A DNA stretch of 64,000 nucleotides from Yuukianura sp. NJ FZ-2021 (GCA_046563655.1 CM102289.1:8680001-8744000); one strand, 5' to 3'. Shown: positions 12,643-52,160, counted from the stretch's first letter. Notes: generated by a model from the sequence alone, not told the origin. Made by a program: numbers and translations.

Positions 12643-14209
12643 ATGGAGAACGAAACGATTTACAAATCTATGCCGAAGCTGGTATGTTTAAATATACAAT
12701 GCGGTGTAACGTCTTGAATGTTTCTAATTTTGCTTCCTTTATTTACGCAGGAGCTTCATGCGCATCTCAATGGAAGTATTTCTGAGAAAACGCTGCAAAA
12801 ATTGGCGGCCGAACGAGAAGTACAGATTGGATCATCGTCGGACTCAATCCAAATCCAACTGGAGAAATTACAATCTCGGAACCTTCAACAGTGAGGCTGA
12901 ATGTGTAAAAAAATGTTTAGTATATGAGAGTGAATTTTTTCAAATACGATGAAATGACTTGTTTTTTTTTCTCTTTGAAGATGCTTTACAATTTTCCAAT
13001 GGATCCATGATGTCATCCGCACTCCAGAAGTTCTGCGTCGAGTGACAGTAGAGGTTATCAATGACTTTGCTGACGACAATGTTATATATCTGGAATTACG
13101 CACAACACCAAAGAAGGTGCATGATATTCCCTCCAAGAGAGTATATTTGAAATCAGTCATCTCTGCTATCATGTAAGAATTTGTTTTGCGTCACTTCTGG
13201 CGGATGCTGGGTGTTGCTCAGCATGAAGTCAATGTAAAAACCGACCTTGTGACATGTACTCTTTCTTTTCAGGGAATGTAAAAGCAGCAGGAGTTCCATC
13301 CTGGTGAAACTTTTGATCTCGATTGATCGGCAGAGAGGACGAGATGAGGGAGCAGAGAATGTTGACCTGGCAATTGAATTTGCGCAAAAATATCCAGACG
13401 TGGTGATTGGAATGGATTTAAGCGGAAATCCGACTACGGGAAGTTTGGAATGGATCCTACCGCTTCTGAAAAAAGCCAAAGATTGTGGACTTAAATTGAC
13501 CTGTCACTTACCAGAGGTATTTTTTTACTTTTAGACAAAAAGTTTGAATAAGAATACAGTTACATCACTTGTGAAGTGACATTTTCTTTTTTAGGTTTTA
13601 AATTGGGAAGAGACAGATCGCTTATTAGAGTTTGACGAAATTGGACGCTTGGGACACGGACTGTTTCTCCATCCGAGCTGCGGTGGAACCGAATCACAGT
13701 GGGCGTTGATGAAAGAGAAGCAAATTCCTATTGGTAAGAAAATTCCTGATAACAGTTTTTAAGCAACCGAAATGATTTAGTGGAAACAGAATGTCGCTAA
13801 TTGTCAATTATATTTTGAACATTGCAGAAGTATGCATAACATCCAACGTCATTTCTGGTGTTAGCGAATCTCTGGAAGAGCATTACGTTACAGTACTACA
13901 TGAGGAGAAAATGCCGTTCGTCATTTGCGTAAGTGCTACACTTTTTCTTCTTGTTTTTTTTTGGCAAATCTATCACGGCCTTGTGATTTTGCTACTTGTG
14001 TTTCGCAGACTGATGACTCTGGTGTTTTTAACACAACTCTTAGCCAGGAGTACGTGAAATTTGCGCAAATTGTGCAAACTTCTCTGTCTGAAATCAAGAA
14101 CATTTGCCTGGATTCAGTATCGTATGCATTTTGCTCTGACGAGGAGAAACGTAATTTGAGAGAAACTATTTCAAAATTTTGGTCAGAACAACATACGCCA
14201 ACTCCATAA
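12643..14209 (+). CDS. ADAL: Adenosine deaminase-like protein (N6-methyl-AMP deaminase family)
   Basis: Spliced: MENETIYKSMPKL-ELHAHLNGSIS, DFADDNVIYLELRTTPK, KLLISIDR, VIGMDLSGNP, GLKLTCHLPEV, RLGHG, EVCITSNV, ICTDDSGVFNTTLSQEY; TAA 14207-14209. Confidence 0.93.
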
Positions 14210-14853
14210 CCTCCTGTTCCGATTTCGACATTTTGACCCAGAATTTTTGTTTTTTGAGTTTTTATTCTCGCAGAGATAAATATGTCTACATTACAATATC
14301 ACTTACGTACACTAAATAAAATACTAAGAAGTTTATGTTTAGGAAGGAGACGTTTTTTAAAATCACTTTACCCGGTCCTTATGCAATGAATATTATGGCG
14401 ACGGCTTTTTTAGAAAACCAAAATTTTCAAAATTTCGTACTGCCTCGAACGAAAAAAAAACCCTGAGTTGGTATACGAAATAAACAAAACCGAAATCCAA
14501 ATCGCCAAAAAAAATCATGAAACAGCGAAATAAGTCTTGGTTTCCGTTCATTTCAAAACGCGCCAAAGTGAGGAACATGATTTCATTCCAATTAATTGTG
14601 CGAAATTACGTACAAAAACAAATGGTTATAACATTGCGAAACGTGTTTAATTGGCTCGTTTCGCGTTTAATGCCTCGGACGATTCACTTTTAAAGTTAAT
14701 TTCCGTCCTTTGCAAAAAAAAAGTGTAGGAGTAATCAAGGTAAAGTGTAAAGCACATTAAGAAAAAAGAAGTGCTCGAGGTGACAAAAGTCAAAAGGGAA
14801 TTAATAACAGGTAATGCAGTAGCGGTGGTTGATTTTTAAAATAGTTAAGTTGA

Positions 14854-21372
<6,519 letters not shown>

Positions 21373-23365
21373 GGTTCATTGCCCAATGTCTCAAAACTTA
21401 TTATCGTTTGATTTTTGAACTGTTCCAGCCACAACAACTGATAAATCGGCGACTCCTTGAACAAAAACAGGCACAAGATTGAAGTTGACCCTTGACCTTA
21501 GCAATATGTTTACTTTTTAACGTCCTTACCAACTGAACGAGAGTGTATTCGTATTAACGAAGCCTAGTCCGGAAGAAGTTAGTTTTAAAATTAATTCCCG
21601 TGTAACCAAGTTCATCCACGAACTGATCCTGAGTGACTGAAGGCTTTTGTGTAGTTTTGGGTAAGTTGACGATTACTTTTCCTCCTTCTTCAACCCACGG
21701 TACGGGCAAAACTGCACGGTGCTGGCAAGTGGTAACTGGTAAGGGTAACTTACCACATAGGAATAGAATGGTTGATCGAAAAGTTCTACAGCACATGCAC
21801 AGTAAAACCCTAGGTGCAAAGATAAGTTGGAGTAAAGTTGGGGCTGGGGGTATACAAGTTATTACTTACCAGAGTAGTGGTTGGCTCTGTGGGAGTGGGA
21901 TTAGGCTTTAGCATACTAAAAACGCTGAATTCAAGGCAATCTTGTGCTGCCAGTATCGCAAAAAAGTGGTTACACTTATAGCAAATGGCAATGGCAACAG
22001 CGGTACGAGATTTCGCAAACCCCCCCCCCCCTGCTTGCCCTATACGGCGCCCTTGCCTGGAAACCATGGGGGGTAAATGGACAATTCGCGAAAACTGTTT
22101 TCTTAAAAGCATGACGCCATCACCACAGGCCCATAACGTGCAAAAACAACAACAAAATATACACTCTTCCACGTGCACGTGGTAAGGAGTGAGTCAATTT
22201 GCAAAAAATTCGCAAATCACAATAAAGTGGTCGATAAAGAGAAAAGTTTTTCCAAGAAAAACGGAGTAAACAACATTTATGTGGTTAAAACTACGACTTT
22301 GTTTGCTAACTGGGCAAAAAGCACATTCACCTCTCACAATTTTTTAACAGCTCTATTTTAACAGTTTAAATTTTCACTAATAAACCAACCTGTTTACCCA
22401 ATTTTTTGCAGATTTGGTCATGAAATGCTTAACGTAAGTTAAGGTTACAGGATTAACATTTCCTAACGACCCGGCATTCGACTTTGACACAATGACAGTG
22501 ACAATTGTTTGATCGTCCAATTGCAAGACCAAAGTTACCATTACCAATTATTCTGCAAGTTTTTTTTTGTACGTGTGTCCAAATTAACCGGTATTCTGTC
22601 GAAGTAAAAACTTTACCTGTTATTATGCAAGCATGACATTGCGAGGGACGAGGTTAATCTTTGACACTGGCGCGATAAGTACTGCTCCAAGCACTTAAGG
22701 AACACCGTACATCTTGATTGCATTGCACACAAAATTGGCAATAGATCTCATCATTTCCTTTTTTTTCTTCCCCTACCTACTCTGTTGCATACATTAATCA
22801 GTTTAACAATAAATTCGGCAGTATTCAACTAGTTCTGCCACTTTATACCAGAAGAATGGAGGGGAAAATGAGCCAATTTGAACCAAAAGTCATTACTATC
22901 TCCTCTTTTGCTGGGTGGCCCAAGGCTTAACTTATTAGTTAATTTAACTTATTGCACATTTAACCTATACGTAGTGAACTTCAGATGAAGTAAGAAATAG
23001 TGTTGGCATTAATGGCACATGGTGGGAAAAAACGAAAAAAGTGGATTGGTTATGACCTTTCCTCCAAAATCAAGGCAGTTTTGATACGCTAGACACATAC
23101 TAATTACCCATGGTAAACAACTTCTCAAATTAGTGTAGCCTAGAAGTAATTTTTAGAATATTAGACATCACATCTTACATCAATTTGTCCAAAAGCAAAC
23201 AAATTTAATACGAAACGTTAAAGAATAAAAGAATTTATAACACTACTAACCATTTTTGTTGCAAAATGTCGTAAAAATTTGTCCGATTTGCAATAATTTT
23301 GCAAATTGGCACTGTTGGGCGTATACTGCCCAAGCTTCCTTGACAACCAATCATCTTCTCTTAAG

Positions 23366-25225
23366 AGGTTGCGTATTACCTCGGTTGTTTACCCAAAAAA
23401 TGAAAATAACAAAAAACTGAGTACCAGGAGTACCAGTTCCAAAATAACTTGGTACCAGTAAGAATTCTGATTCTGGAAACCGTTTCCGTTTGAAATCACG
23501 CGTTGAAAATCGTACCTTCCAAAATGGTTAACTGTTCTTTTCCTAAGTGTAACGTTTCTCAGTATAGTTTTAAGTCCAGCACAATCAAATTCAGATTATT
23601 TCGAGTAATTATTATTTTTAGTTTTAAATCCAGCAAAATAGAATTCAGATTATTTCGAGTTCCAAAGCATCCAGAAACGAGGAAGAAGTGGGAAGAGGCT
23701 TGCGGTGTGACATTACGTGATTCTGCACGCATTTGCTCGAATCATTTCCCTGAACTAGAAGAACATCACATTTATCTACCGAAGGAATTCATTCCTCAGC
23801 AACAAACTGCAGGTAGAATTAATTAAAAAATTTCAGTATTCAGCAATTAGAAGTTTTTGTTTTTTGTTTAAGGAGTTCCAACTCAGCCAAAGGGTTCTAC
23901 AAAAGCGTACAAGAAAGATTACAGACACCGGTATTTTGCTGTACGAAGGAGACGAAACAAGGAGAATTTGGAATTGAAGAAACGTTATGAATTGAAACTG
24001 GAGAAAAAAGATAAATTAATTTTGAGACTTCGAGGTTTGATGCAGAGGAAGGACTGGGCAATGGAAAAAGTGAAAGCGCGATTAGAGCAATCTGAAGCAA
24101 AAGACGAACAGCTAACACAAATTTTGTTGAAGGTACATGAGATAATCGTCTATAAATATAAAATTTCTGAAATTAAAAAAAAAATACTCGTCTTAACGCA
24201 GGTGTTTACACCGAACCAATTGAATGTTCTCAAGTTTGGAAAGTCGAAAACTTGGTGGAGTGATCTCGACACTTGGACTTCGCGCTCTCGCATTAACTTG
24301 GTATCTGGCATTTGGAATGGAGGATTTTGACTTTGATAGATGTGCAGATCTCGTAGAAGAGCTACTCCAATCTGAAATTTTTGAATCGGAACTTCCAGAG
24401 GTAATTATTTTGTAACTTACGTTCAGAATTCTATTAATTCATTGTAATATTAATGTAACATGCATAATTCCTCAACCAGTTCTGTGTAAATCTTTACAGG
24501 ACGCTGAAAATCTTGGACATTTCACAAGCAGATCCAAAAGAAGGCTTAGTCTGTCAGACAAATGTGAACAAGGAGGCTTAGAATACATAACGGGATACGT
24601 GCTCAAAAAAGCAGCCTCCGATCACCCCGATTTGGAATTCAAAGAACCTGATTTCCGTCAATCCAAAACCTGGTGCCAATTTTTATCAATGGGGAGGCTT
24701 AAAATACCTTCTACTGAATTTCTGCAAATGACGGAAGTATGGGATGAATACTTCAGAAGGTATCTAAACCCCAACAAAGTATAGAATAGCTTTAAAATTT
24801 GGAAATCGTTAAATTAACTCAATTCCCTGTAACTGTTTCCTCAGGTTTCATGGGGATCTCATCAGTTTGAAGCCTGGAGTAACTCAATTACTTAGTAAAA
24901 TCGTCGCAAATGAATTTTCAAACATGGAACCAGAAATTATTCACAAATTCATTCGTGTACGCACGTTCATCAGGATCAGACACTTGAATTTCAAGCTTGA
25001 AGCTGCAAAATCTAGACACAAGATACTAAAAAAGTCGACTCAGTTCTATTAGTTAATATTATTTCTTACTGGAAGCGAAGCATTTCTAAGCAATAAAAAT
25101 CTAAAAAAAAATTCAAAAAATTGGAATTTCTCTATTTAAAATGTTATGACAACGGATTCTTGAAGGCGTGCAAGAAAAGTGAACTTTTTTCAAAATTTAA
25201 AAATACTTGAGGTAATACGCAACCT
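23366..25225 (+). mobile_element. Internally deleted P-superfamily DNA transposon
   Basis: Perfect 17-bp inverted repeat AGGTTGCGTATTACCTC (23366-23382) / GAGGTAATACGCAACCT (25209-25225) brackets P-transposase-derived exons. Subterminal GTACCAG x3 at ~23421-23458. Target-site duplication and exact ends not resolved. Confidence 0.7.
23524..25052 (+). CDS. THAP-domain P-transposase derivative (THAP + coiled coil + transposase C-terminal domain; catalytic core missing); may be a pseudogene
   Basis: THAP C2CH motif MVNCSFPKC..FRVPK..RKKWEEAC..RICSNHF; coiled coil; VFTPNQL..WWSD; C-terminal GLEYITGYVLKK..WCQFLSMGRLKIPS..FHG..FIRVRTFIRIRHLN typical of P-element transposases. Exons 23524-23812, 23873-24132, 24202-(24300 or 24400), 24500-24759, 24845-25052. 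Confidence 0.75.
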
Positions 25226-25508
25226 TATAAGGGATTCTTTGTTTACAAACGTTGTATACTGCCAGCAAAAACTTCCGAAGCATTAGGGGAACCTTGCGAT
25301 GAAAAGTTCGTAAATTGTTGCTACGGTAACAATTCACTAATGATTAACACAACGTCGTTAGTAGAAATCCCCAAAATGAAATATTCTACCAGAAAATTTA
25401 AATTTTCTTCATCCATTTCAAATTTCACTTAAAAATTTTCACTTGAAACATTAAAATTTTTAGTTTCGTAATTTAATCGAACTTACCTAAATTTTTTGTC
25501 ACATCACG

Positions 25509-26678
25509 ATGGATAATAATACTAAGAATCCACTAAATTTGAAACCCAAATCAGGAGATTACTTTACCGGTGAAGATGTGTCACCGCCCGTCCTTCCTCC
25601 TGCGCCTGCGCCCAAGAAGGCTCCGGATATCAAAATTGTCCATCCTCCAGCAAAACCAACAGCACCTATTCCGCTTAGAAATGAACGTGAAGCAGTTTGG
25701 CAAAAGCAGATAGCCAGAATCGCTTCCGGAAACGCTCCGCCTCTATCGGCTCCGCCAATTCCAAGACCGAATCCTTCCCGCTACGCTGCCCCACCGCCAC
25801 CAACCAATCGAAAACCCGATGCTGTCAAGCCTGAAGGAAGTCAAAATGGCGACGGAGGTGCTGGGCGTCATCTTCCAGCGTATTTACGGTACCTCCTAAG
25901 TCCCACTCTAAAAAGAGCTACAGGAAATCCCGCTTGGGTGTGGACAGTCAAAGTGACGACAGAGAAAAACGGAAAGGCGGTCCAAAAGTATCAAGAGTTC
26001 CATTTGATTGTGTGCTGGTACCAGTTTCTGATTGGTGCTCTCGGTAATTCACGAAAGTCTATTGCATATTATTAAAATATATTATAAACAAATAAATATT
26101 ATAATAATACTTACAAAAGTATTATTGTAGGAGGAATTGCAGTTGGACTGGAGACGGAGTTTTTTGGGGCAGCAAGATTGGCCGAGCCGAACATTCCATT
26201 GCCGCAAAACCTGAGCCTACTGCGATCCATTGCCAATTTCTTCGTTCAGAGCAGCTCTTCAGTCTATCGACTGTCCAAGCGTGCTCTCTTGTCTGGATAC
26301 TTGTTTGACATCATTGACAAAAATGTTGAAGAGGTAAGTATTCCAGTATTCCAGTATCCGGCAGTATTTTCGAAGTTGAACTAATCTCAGCTTGTTCCGA
26401 ATTTCGTGTTCCAGTATCGGGAAAAAGAAGACTGGAAAAATATGGGAATTTCTGGAGGAGTCACTGGAGCCATTTTTGGCCTCAGAGGTGAATTTTCTTG
26501 AGTAGATCCTGAGCAGTATTAGAAGAATTGCAATCCAATTGATTCGTAAATTTCTGGAAAAATTGCAGGAGGAATGCGAGGTACAGTTGCTGGCTCAATT
26601 CTGTTTGCTGGATTTGGATCCCTGGCTGGATATCAATACTATCGGATCAAGAGTGGAAAAACAAAACCGGGAAAATAG
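25509..26678 (+). CDS. Tim17/Tim22/Tim23-family membrane protein (Tim22-like) with a long Pro-rich N-terminus
   Basis: Exons 25509-26043, 26131-26333, 26415-26487, 26569-26678 splice in frame. C-terminus EEYREKEDWKNMGISGGVTGAIFGLRGGMRGTVAGSILFAGFGSLAGY matches the PRAT/Tim22 pattern (R..DWKN..SG..TG...G.R.G....G...FA.F). Confidence 0.78.
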
Positions 26679-26840
26679 AAAAAACGAAACTGACAAAATT
26701 TGGTTGTACCTTCGATGATCTCAAAATTAAAGTTCAAAATCACTTGTTGAATTTCGACAGTTGAAACCATACCGGTGGCCAGTGATCTCCAAGATTTGCA
26801 ACATACCAAAGTTAAAAGTTTAGTTGCCGGCCGTTTTATT

Positions 26841-27995
26841 CTACTTTTTCTGATCTGAGTTCTTGGGTTTCGGTTTTATGCTAACGAGGAGCGTGTCGTC
26901 TGCGAACTGATCAGTACTTGACAGTTTCTTTTCGAACTTTTCAAATTCTTTCTTAGATATTTCTTCTTCGGGTGCAATGACTTGTTCAACTGCAACGACC
27001 TGGTAGAAAGAGCGAGAATGTTTCAATTCAAGAAATTCTGCGAATTGTAAATGGTATTAAAAGTGTTACCTCAGGTATGTAAAACTGGAGCATATTCTGA
27101 ACGCCGTTTTTCAATGTAACTACAGAACTAGGACAGGAAGTACAGGATCCCTGCATTATCAGTCTAACAACGCCGTCTTTGAAGTCCTACAAACAAAGTA
27201 CATCTCGAACTGCGTGTTAACTGTTAGAATCACTGTTTTTGCCAATAAAAGGGTTACCACAAAGCGAATATCCCCTCCGTCTTCCTGGACCGTGGGACGA
27301 ATCCGAGTATCCAATAACTCCTTGATTAATGATACGGTCTCGTCCTCCTCAACCGCTTCTCCAGATCCACCTATAACATTCAGAAAAGTAATTTGGAGTA
27401 AGGGGTAGTACTCAGCGGTAAAACCTCATACAAACGTTCTACTTACCCCCAGTGTCAGCAGTAGTTTCTTTGGACTCTGTAACAACAGGCATTCCAGAAG
27501 CGAAGAAATCCATAATTGTGGCATAGATTTCCGGTTTCAGGAGTCTCCAATCTACTTCGTCGTCTACCTTCGTCACTGTGATAAACTCCTCCCCGAAAAA
27601 CACTGATTTGACACCTTCAATCCTAAATAGTAGTTTCGCCAGTGGGGAATTTGCTGCGGCCAAAGGATTAGGAAAGTCAAGTGTCCCAGCATCTAATACC
27701 TTTAGAAAAAAAAGAAAACAAAAATAAGACATCAACATTACGGTTTTGTGTGTTAAGGCTATATTACCTTTGTGCCAGGGTAGAATTTCAAACTGTTTGG
27801 ATTTGGTGTATCTTGAGTGCGAATAAACATCGTCCGAAAATGTTGCCTCCATAGACTAATTCTTGGCATAATCTGAATTTGCGTTGCTTGTGCTGCCTGA
27901 CATGGCAAGTTTGAAAGCGATCGACTAGTAGCTATCAGTAACGGCGTAACACTGGATCTTCGTACTGATCTAATCAAAACCCGGGTAGCCATCAT
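26841..27995 (-). CDS. NFU1: NFU1 iron-sulfur cluster scaffold, mitochondrial
   Basis: Arg/Ser-rich presequence, then [103 protein letters not shown]. Confidence 0.95.
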
Positions 27996-29033
27996 GTCCA
28001 GAATCCTAAAACAAAAAAAAACATTTCAACACAGCCGATTCACTTTTGCGTTTCACTTTTAGTCAACCGCAAATCAATGCAACTCTTCACGTCACGTTAA
28101 CTGTACTTTGTTACCTCACATCCACCAACGGATGACAAGTGAAGATTCGATGAATATTATATCACGACGTTGTTTAGTAATTAATGCAGCGAAAAACGAT
28201 TTAGCAGATTCTCACGTCGCAAAAACAAAAACAAAAGTGACTGAAAAAATTCGCAATCAAAACACGGTTTGCCTAAAGCACCCTCCCAGCCCCTTACCTC
28301 CCATTCAGTGCTGGGCATCTGCAGAATCGTATCACAACGCGCCAAATTTCAAAAATGAGGACCAATTTTCGAAAATTGTCAAAAAATGACTTCAATTCAT
28401 AAAAAACAGTTGGCAATTGAATTCTTCTATTTACTTTTAAATAATTAAAGATAGTAATTAATACAAACATATTTCTGAATAGGTGCTTCGCTATAAAAAC
28501 AATTTTAAGTAGTCAATATAACAGTAATATTGTACCATACACAATTCAAATAATAATGCAATTAAATCCTACCTAATAATATTAACATGATTTACTGTTC
28601 AAGTCTACACTTTCAGTAGTAATTAGCAACGACGACATTAATTAGGAGTCTTTCAATCTAAAAACAGAAAAGAAAACAGTCAGGTCGTAGTCTACTGGAA
28701 ATTGTACTTCAGAGTAGGGTTGCCTACAATAGTATTTAAGATTATCCTTACAATTTACAAGTTAAAGTTAAAAGTTAATTTTACAAAGAGATTTATAAAT
28801 AAATGCATTAACTTTAGTCTATCAAATAAAACCACTCCCTTGAGAAGAAAAAAGAGTTTGAAAATGCTTTCGTTTGGGTTAAATGCTGCTGCTAAAAACG
28901 TGCTTCACCGCCACTCCCTCAGGATTCCTTAGTTCTAAATATTTTCAAGTAGAAATGAAGCGTCGTCGGCTTTGTTTTAAAATTTAGGGATCACATCGTC
29001 GCAAAACTTTGTAAAGTTAGCTCCTTGCCGTTT

Positions 29034-48833
<19,800 letters not shown>

Positions 48834-50464
48834 GATGTAGTGGTAGTCCTTAAGTTTAAACGATTTTCGTTTAAAAACTGTGTTCTATTGACACTGAACG
48901 TAGTATGAATGAAGAGGTTGAGAACAATCCAATTCAAGATAGAGTTCCAATGTCCACTGTGCTTTGGTAAGTCGGTGTTGTCACAAGGGTCGAGTTACAC
49001 TGGGCTCTCAAATGTTGAAGTAGTCGGCGTACACAATATGTTCCCAATTCAATCAACTGAATTAGTATACACTTTGTTCACTCAACTTGAATCTCTCAGA
49101 GGGTTTGTATAGATCCAAATTCCAACGGAGCAGAAGATGAGCTGTAGCTTATAGGAATCACTCCACTTATTATCCAATTTCCGCCTCGGTTAGTTGATCC
49201 AATCCAATTTTGGCTATGATGTCCGTCTGTTTCGTGTAGTATGTTATGGTTAGTTTCGTGCAGTTGTTGAACAACAGTAAGTTTGACTTATGAGTCCGAC
49301 AGTATTTGGAGTGAAGACGTTGAGTTCTTCCCCATGTCCCTGTAAATTAAATACACAAAAGAGAAAATCAATAATTAAATGGCCACGCCTCTATCCAGAG
49401 AAGAGAACTCTTAAGTAAAGTATAGAATTGGGTAATGTTTAAACCACCATACTTTCATCCACTACTACTCTTAACCAGTTACTACTTTTGAGAACAACGA
49501 AATGCAATAAGCCTATCTTCCATTCCTAAGTTCACTACCATGTAAAACTCAACCAATCTTCCAAGTCCACTTACTCACACTCATTACGATTTAACACAAA
49601 CCCCAGTTTACAATAGTAAGGCTTCAAAACCCAAAAATACATTATTGTTGAGTCCTATTTTTAAACATCTCCAACCCTTTATCTCTTATGGATGAGGTCT
49701 TAAGTGCCAGGCCAAGTCTTCCTAAGAGACACACAAAGTGTTCAAGTGAAATTTTTAAAACGTTTTTACAAAATACTGTATAATACATATCCCAATGTGC
49801 TGACGAACATTAAGGACGGAGCAGACCTGTCCAAATGATCTAAACTCGCACGCGAGGCGCGAATCTTGTGGAAACTCAACTAAACCGGAATCTTATTACA
49901 AACTAAACGGAATTCGCAGACATTCCACATCCACTCGATTTACGTCAATGTTGACCAAATGTCGGTGTTTCCGAAGTGGATATGCGGCTGACCGAAAACG
50001 TTTTCCTGCGATGGTTTGTCGATGTAAATGTTGTTGTTTAACGTCAAACTAAAGCTAACTACACACGGGACACGCTAAACGAAGATTAAAATTAATGAGG
50101 AATGGAATGACACAGCGGACTTACGGTATCCGATTGGTTATCCCGTGGATCCACTTGACATTTTCCTTGAATTTCACTGAATTTCGTCCGGATAACGTCA
50201 AAAACTGTTACTGCAATTGAATTTAGCACTGGAAGTACCGTAGAACCTTTCTCGTCGAGTGCCAGAAGTAAACTGAAGAGGGGAAAACAAGCTTTTGCGT
50301 TGGTCCCTCTGCCATTGCCTTGTGTTTCGTGCTAAGCTTCTGCCAGAAATGTGCAGGGGAGAAGCAATAGAAGGTACTGGATGCTTCGTTCAGAAAGGCC
50401 AATGTATCTCCGTAACGTCACTTAAGCCTGGCCCACTTGGTCTGAGAGTCCACGTTGAGTAAAA

Positions 50465-50574
50465 GTACCGTAAAACTTCATAGTCGCAACTTTCCCTGGC
50501 AAGGCGTTGAATACAGCAGAGAAACTAGGCGGGTGCTTGTTAGAGACCGGTGTGTTGTAGAAGTTTTACGGTAC
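50465..50574. mobile_element. MITE with TA-CCGTA termini, near the groucho-1 promoter
   Basis: GTACCGTAAAACTTC ... GAAGTTTTACGGTAC, perfect 15 bp; same terminus as the 39042 copy. Confidence 0.65.
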
Positions 50575-52160
50575 CGAGGGTCTTAAAGCCGCACTTAGTT
50601 TATAGTGTCCCTCACCCTCTTAACCAGTGGCGCCACAAATACTTCAACAATCAAAATACTCAACACCTTCCAAAGTGCTTCTCTTTTTAACCTTTCTCTT
50701 ATCAATTTGGACCCTCCTGAAGGTGAATTTCCTATGCAAAAACTTCGTCAACACTAATTTGACATGCGCTAACTTCATAAATATGTTCGTTGTGGAGTAT
50801 AATTTCCTCAACGTGAACTTCGTAAGCAGATAAGAATTACTATGAATCTCATAGGCGAGATGATTTTGTAAAAAAAAATTCCACAAGCATGGTGAGAATT
50901 TTTTGTGAGAATCGGGCTTAACTTTTGTTTCAATGGTAAACTTAACTTCACATTGTTAAGAAATTTTTGAAAAAGCTGTTTTAGTTTTGTTTTGCTAATT
51001 TTTTGAAAATTTGAAGCCCACCGTCCGATGTGATTGCGTAGTACGTGCAATGACCTTTTATGTAATTTGATATTGCGGTTTGCGGAATTTCTGATCAGAG
51101 GCTCACTCGTAATGCTAAACGAATTAACACATGAAAGAAAATCCTTTTTTGATCACTTTGTATGTAAAATTTGAACTTTGACCCACCTTTACTTTATGCA
51201 CACTTTTTGTGATAACATGTTGTTACACGCCAGTTTATGGCTTTCGCCAGTTGAAAATAAAATTTGATTTTGATGCTCCGGAAAAGCAAGCGTTTTCTTT
51301 TGTAAATTCTAAGGTGGAAAAATCATCAAAATTTTATTTTCATTGCTTAGTACAACAGCTAAGTGCCACTTTCCATGTTTTTCATGAAAATTACTCTCAA
51401 TTGCTTTGAAACCTAAACTTAACATAGAAGTCACTCAGATTTGAATTTCAAAAAAAAAAGTCTGACAACGTTTTGAAAAATTCAAAATTCGATAATCTGC
51501 AGTACTGAAGAAAGATTGTAAACAACTTTTTCTGGAAATTGCAAAGTTTTTAATTTCTAGAAAACTGTTTTCTTCTTTTCTTGAAAAGTTTTAAATTTTG
51601 AACAAACATGTTAAACGTAAAACTGGCGGTTTAATACTTGTTTTGACCCATTGTAAATTGTAATATGCTTGCCATAATTCACGAATTTATTAGCAATGAA
51701 TCAAAAGAGAATTAACACGAGTTTTAATTCTACTTAAGTAGGAATCTTCTCTACAAAATCCAACAAACACTAAACTTCTAAACATCGTTACAAAGGAAAA
51801 AAGCAACGCTCAATTGCCCGTGGACTTAACAACAACCAGTTTGAATTTGTTAAACCATTCGTCTAAAAAACTTGTTTTTTTTGTGTAATTATTCATTACT
51901 CCCAAGTCCACAAAGTTAAGGACACGGAGATTCTTTTGAAGTTTTTTAACAAACTAATGACTATCAATCTCAGAGCTAAACATTTTTCAAATCTTTTTTG
52001 AAAAGTGTGATTTTTGAAAATACTTAAAACTGAAACACTACACCAATGACATATTTAGTAAAATTAAAACATCACAATTGAACAAGTTTCTTAACCTGTT
52101 TTTGTCAAATCAAACAAAAATCCATTTCCATTGTCATCATGCCTATAGCTTAAGGGTTCC

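Noticed and set aside
21985..22185. ORF with CPIRRPCLETMGGKWT, reminiscent of a bacterial HxlR N-terminus (possible HGT)
   Set aside because: Similarity stops after ~15 aa, there is no HTH, and it overlaps a poly-C repeat-like patch; probably chance.
22620..22760. Plus-strand HLDCIAHK, similar to the hAT CxxH motif
   Set aside because: Isolated motif in a stop-interrupted frame with no other transposase features.
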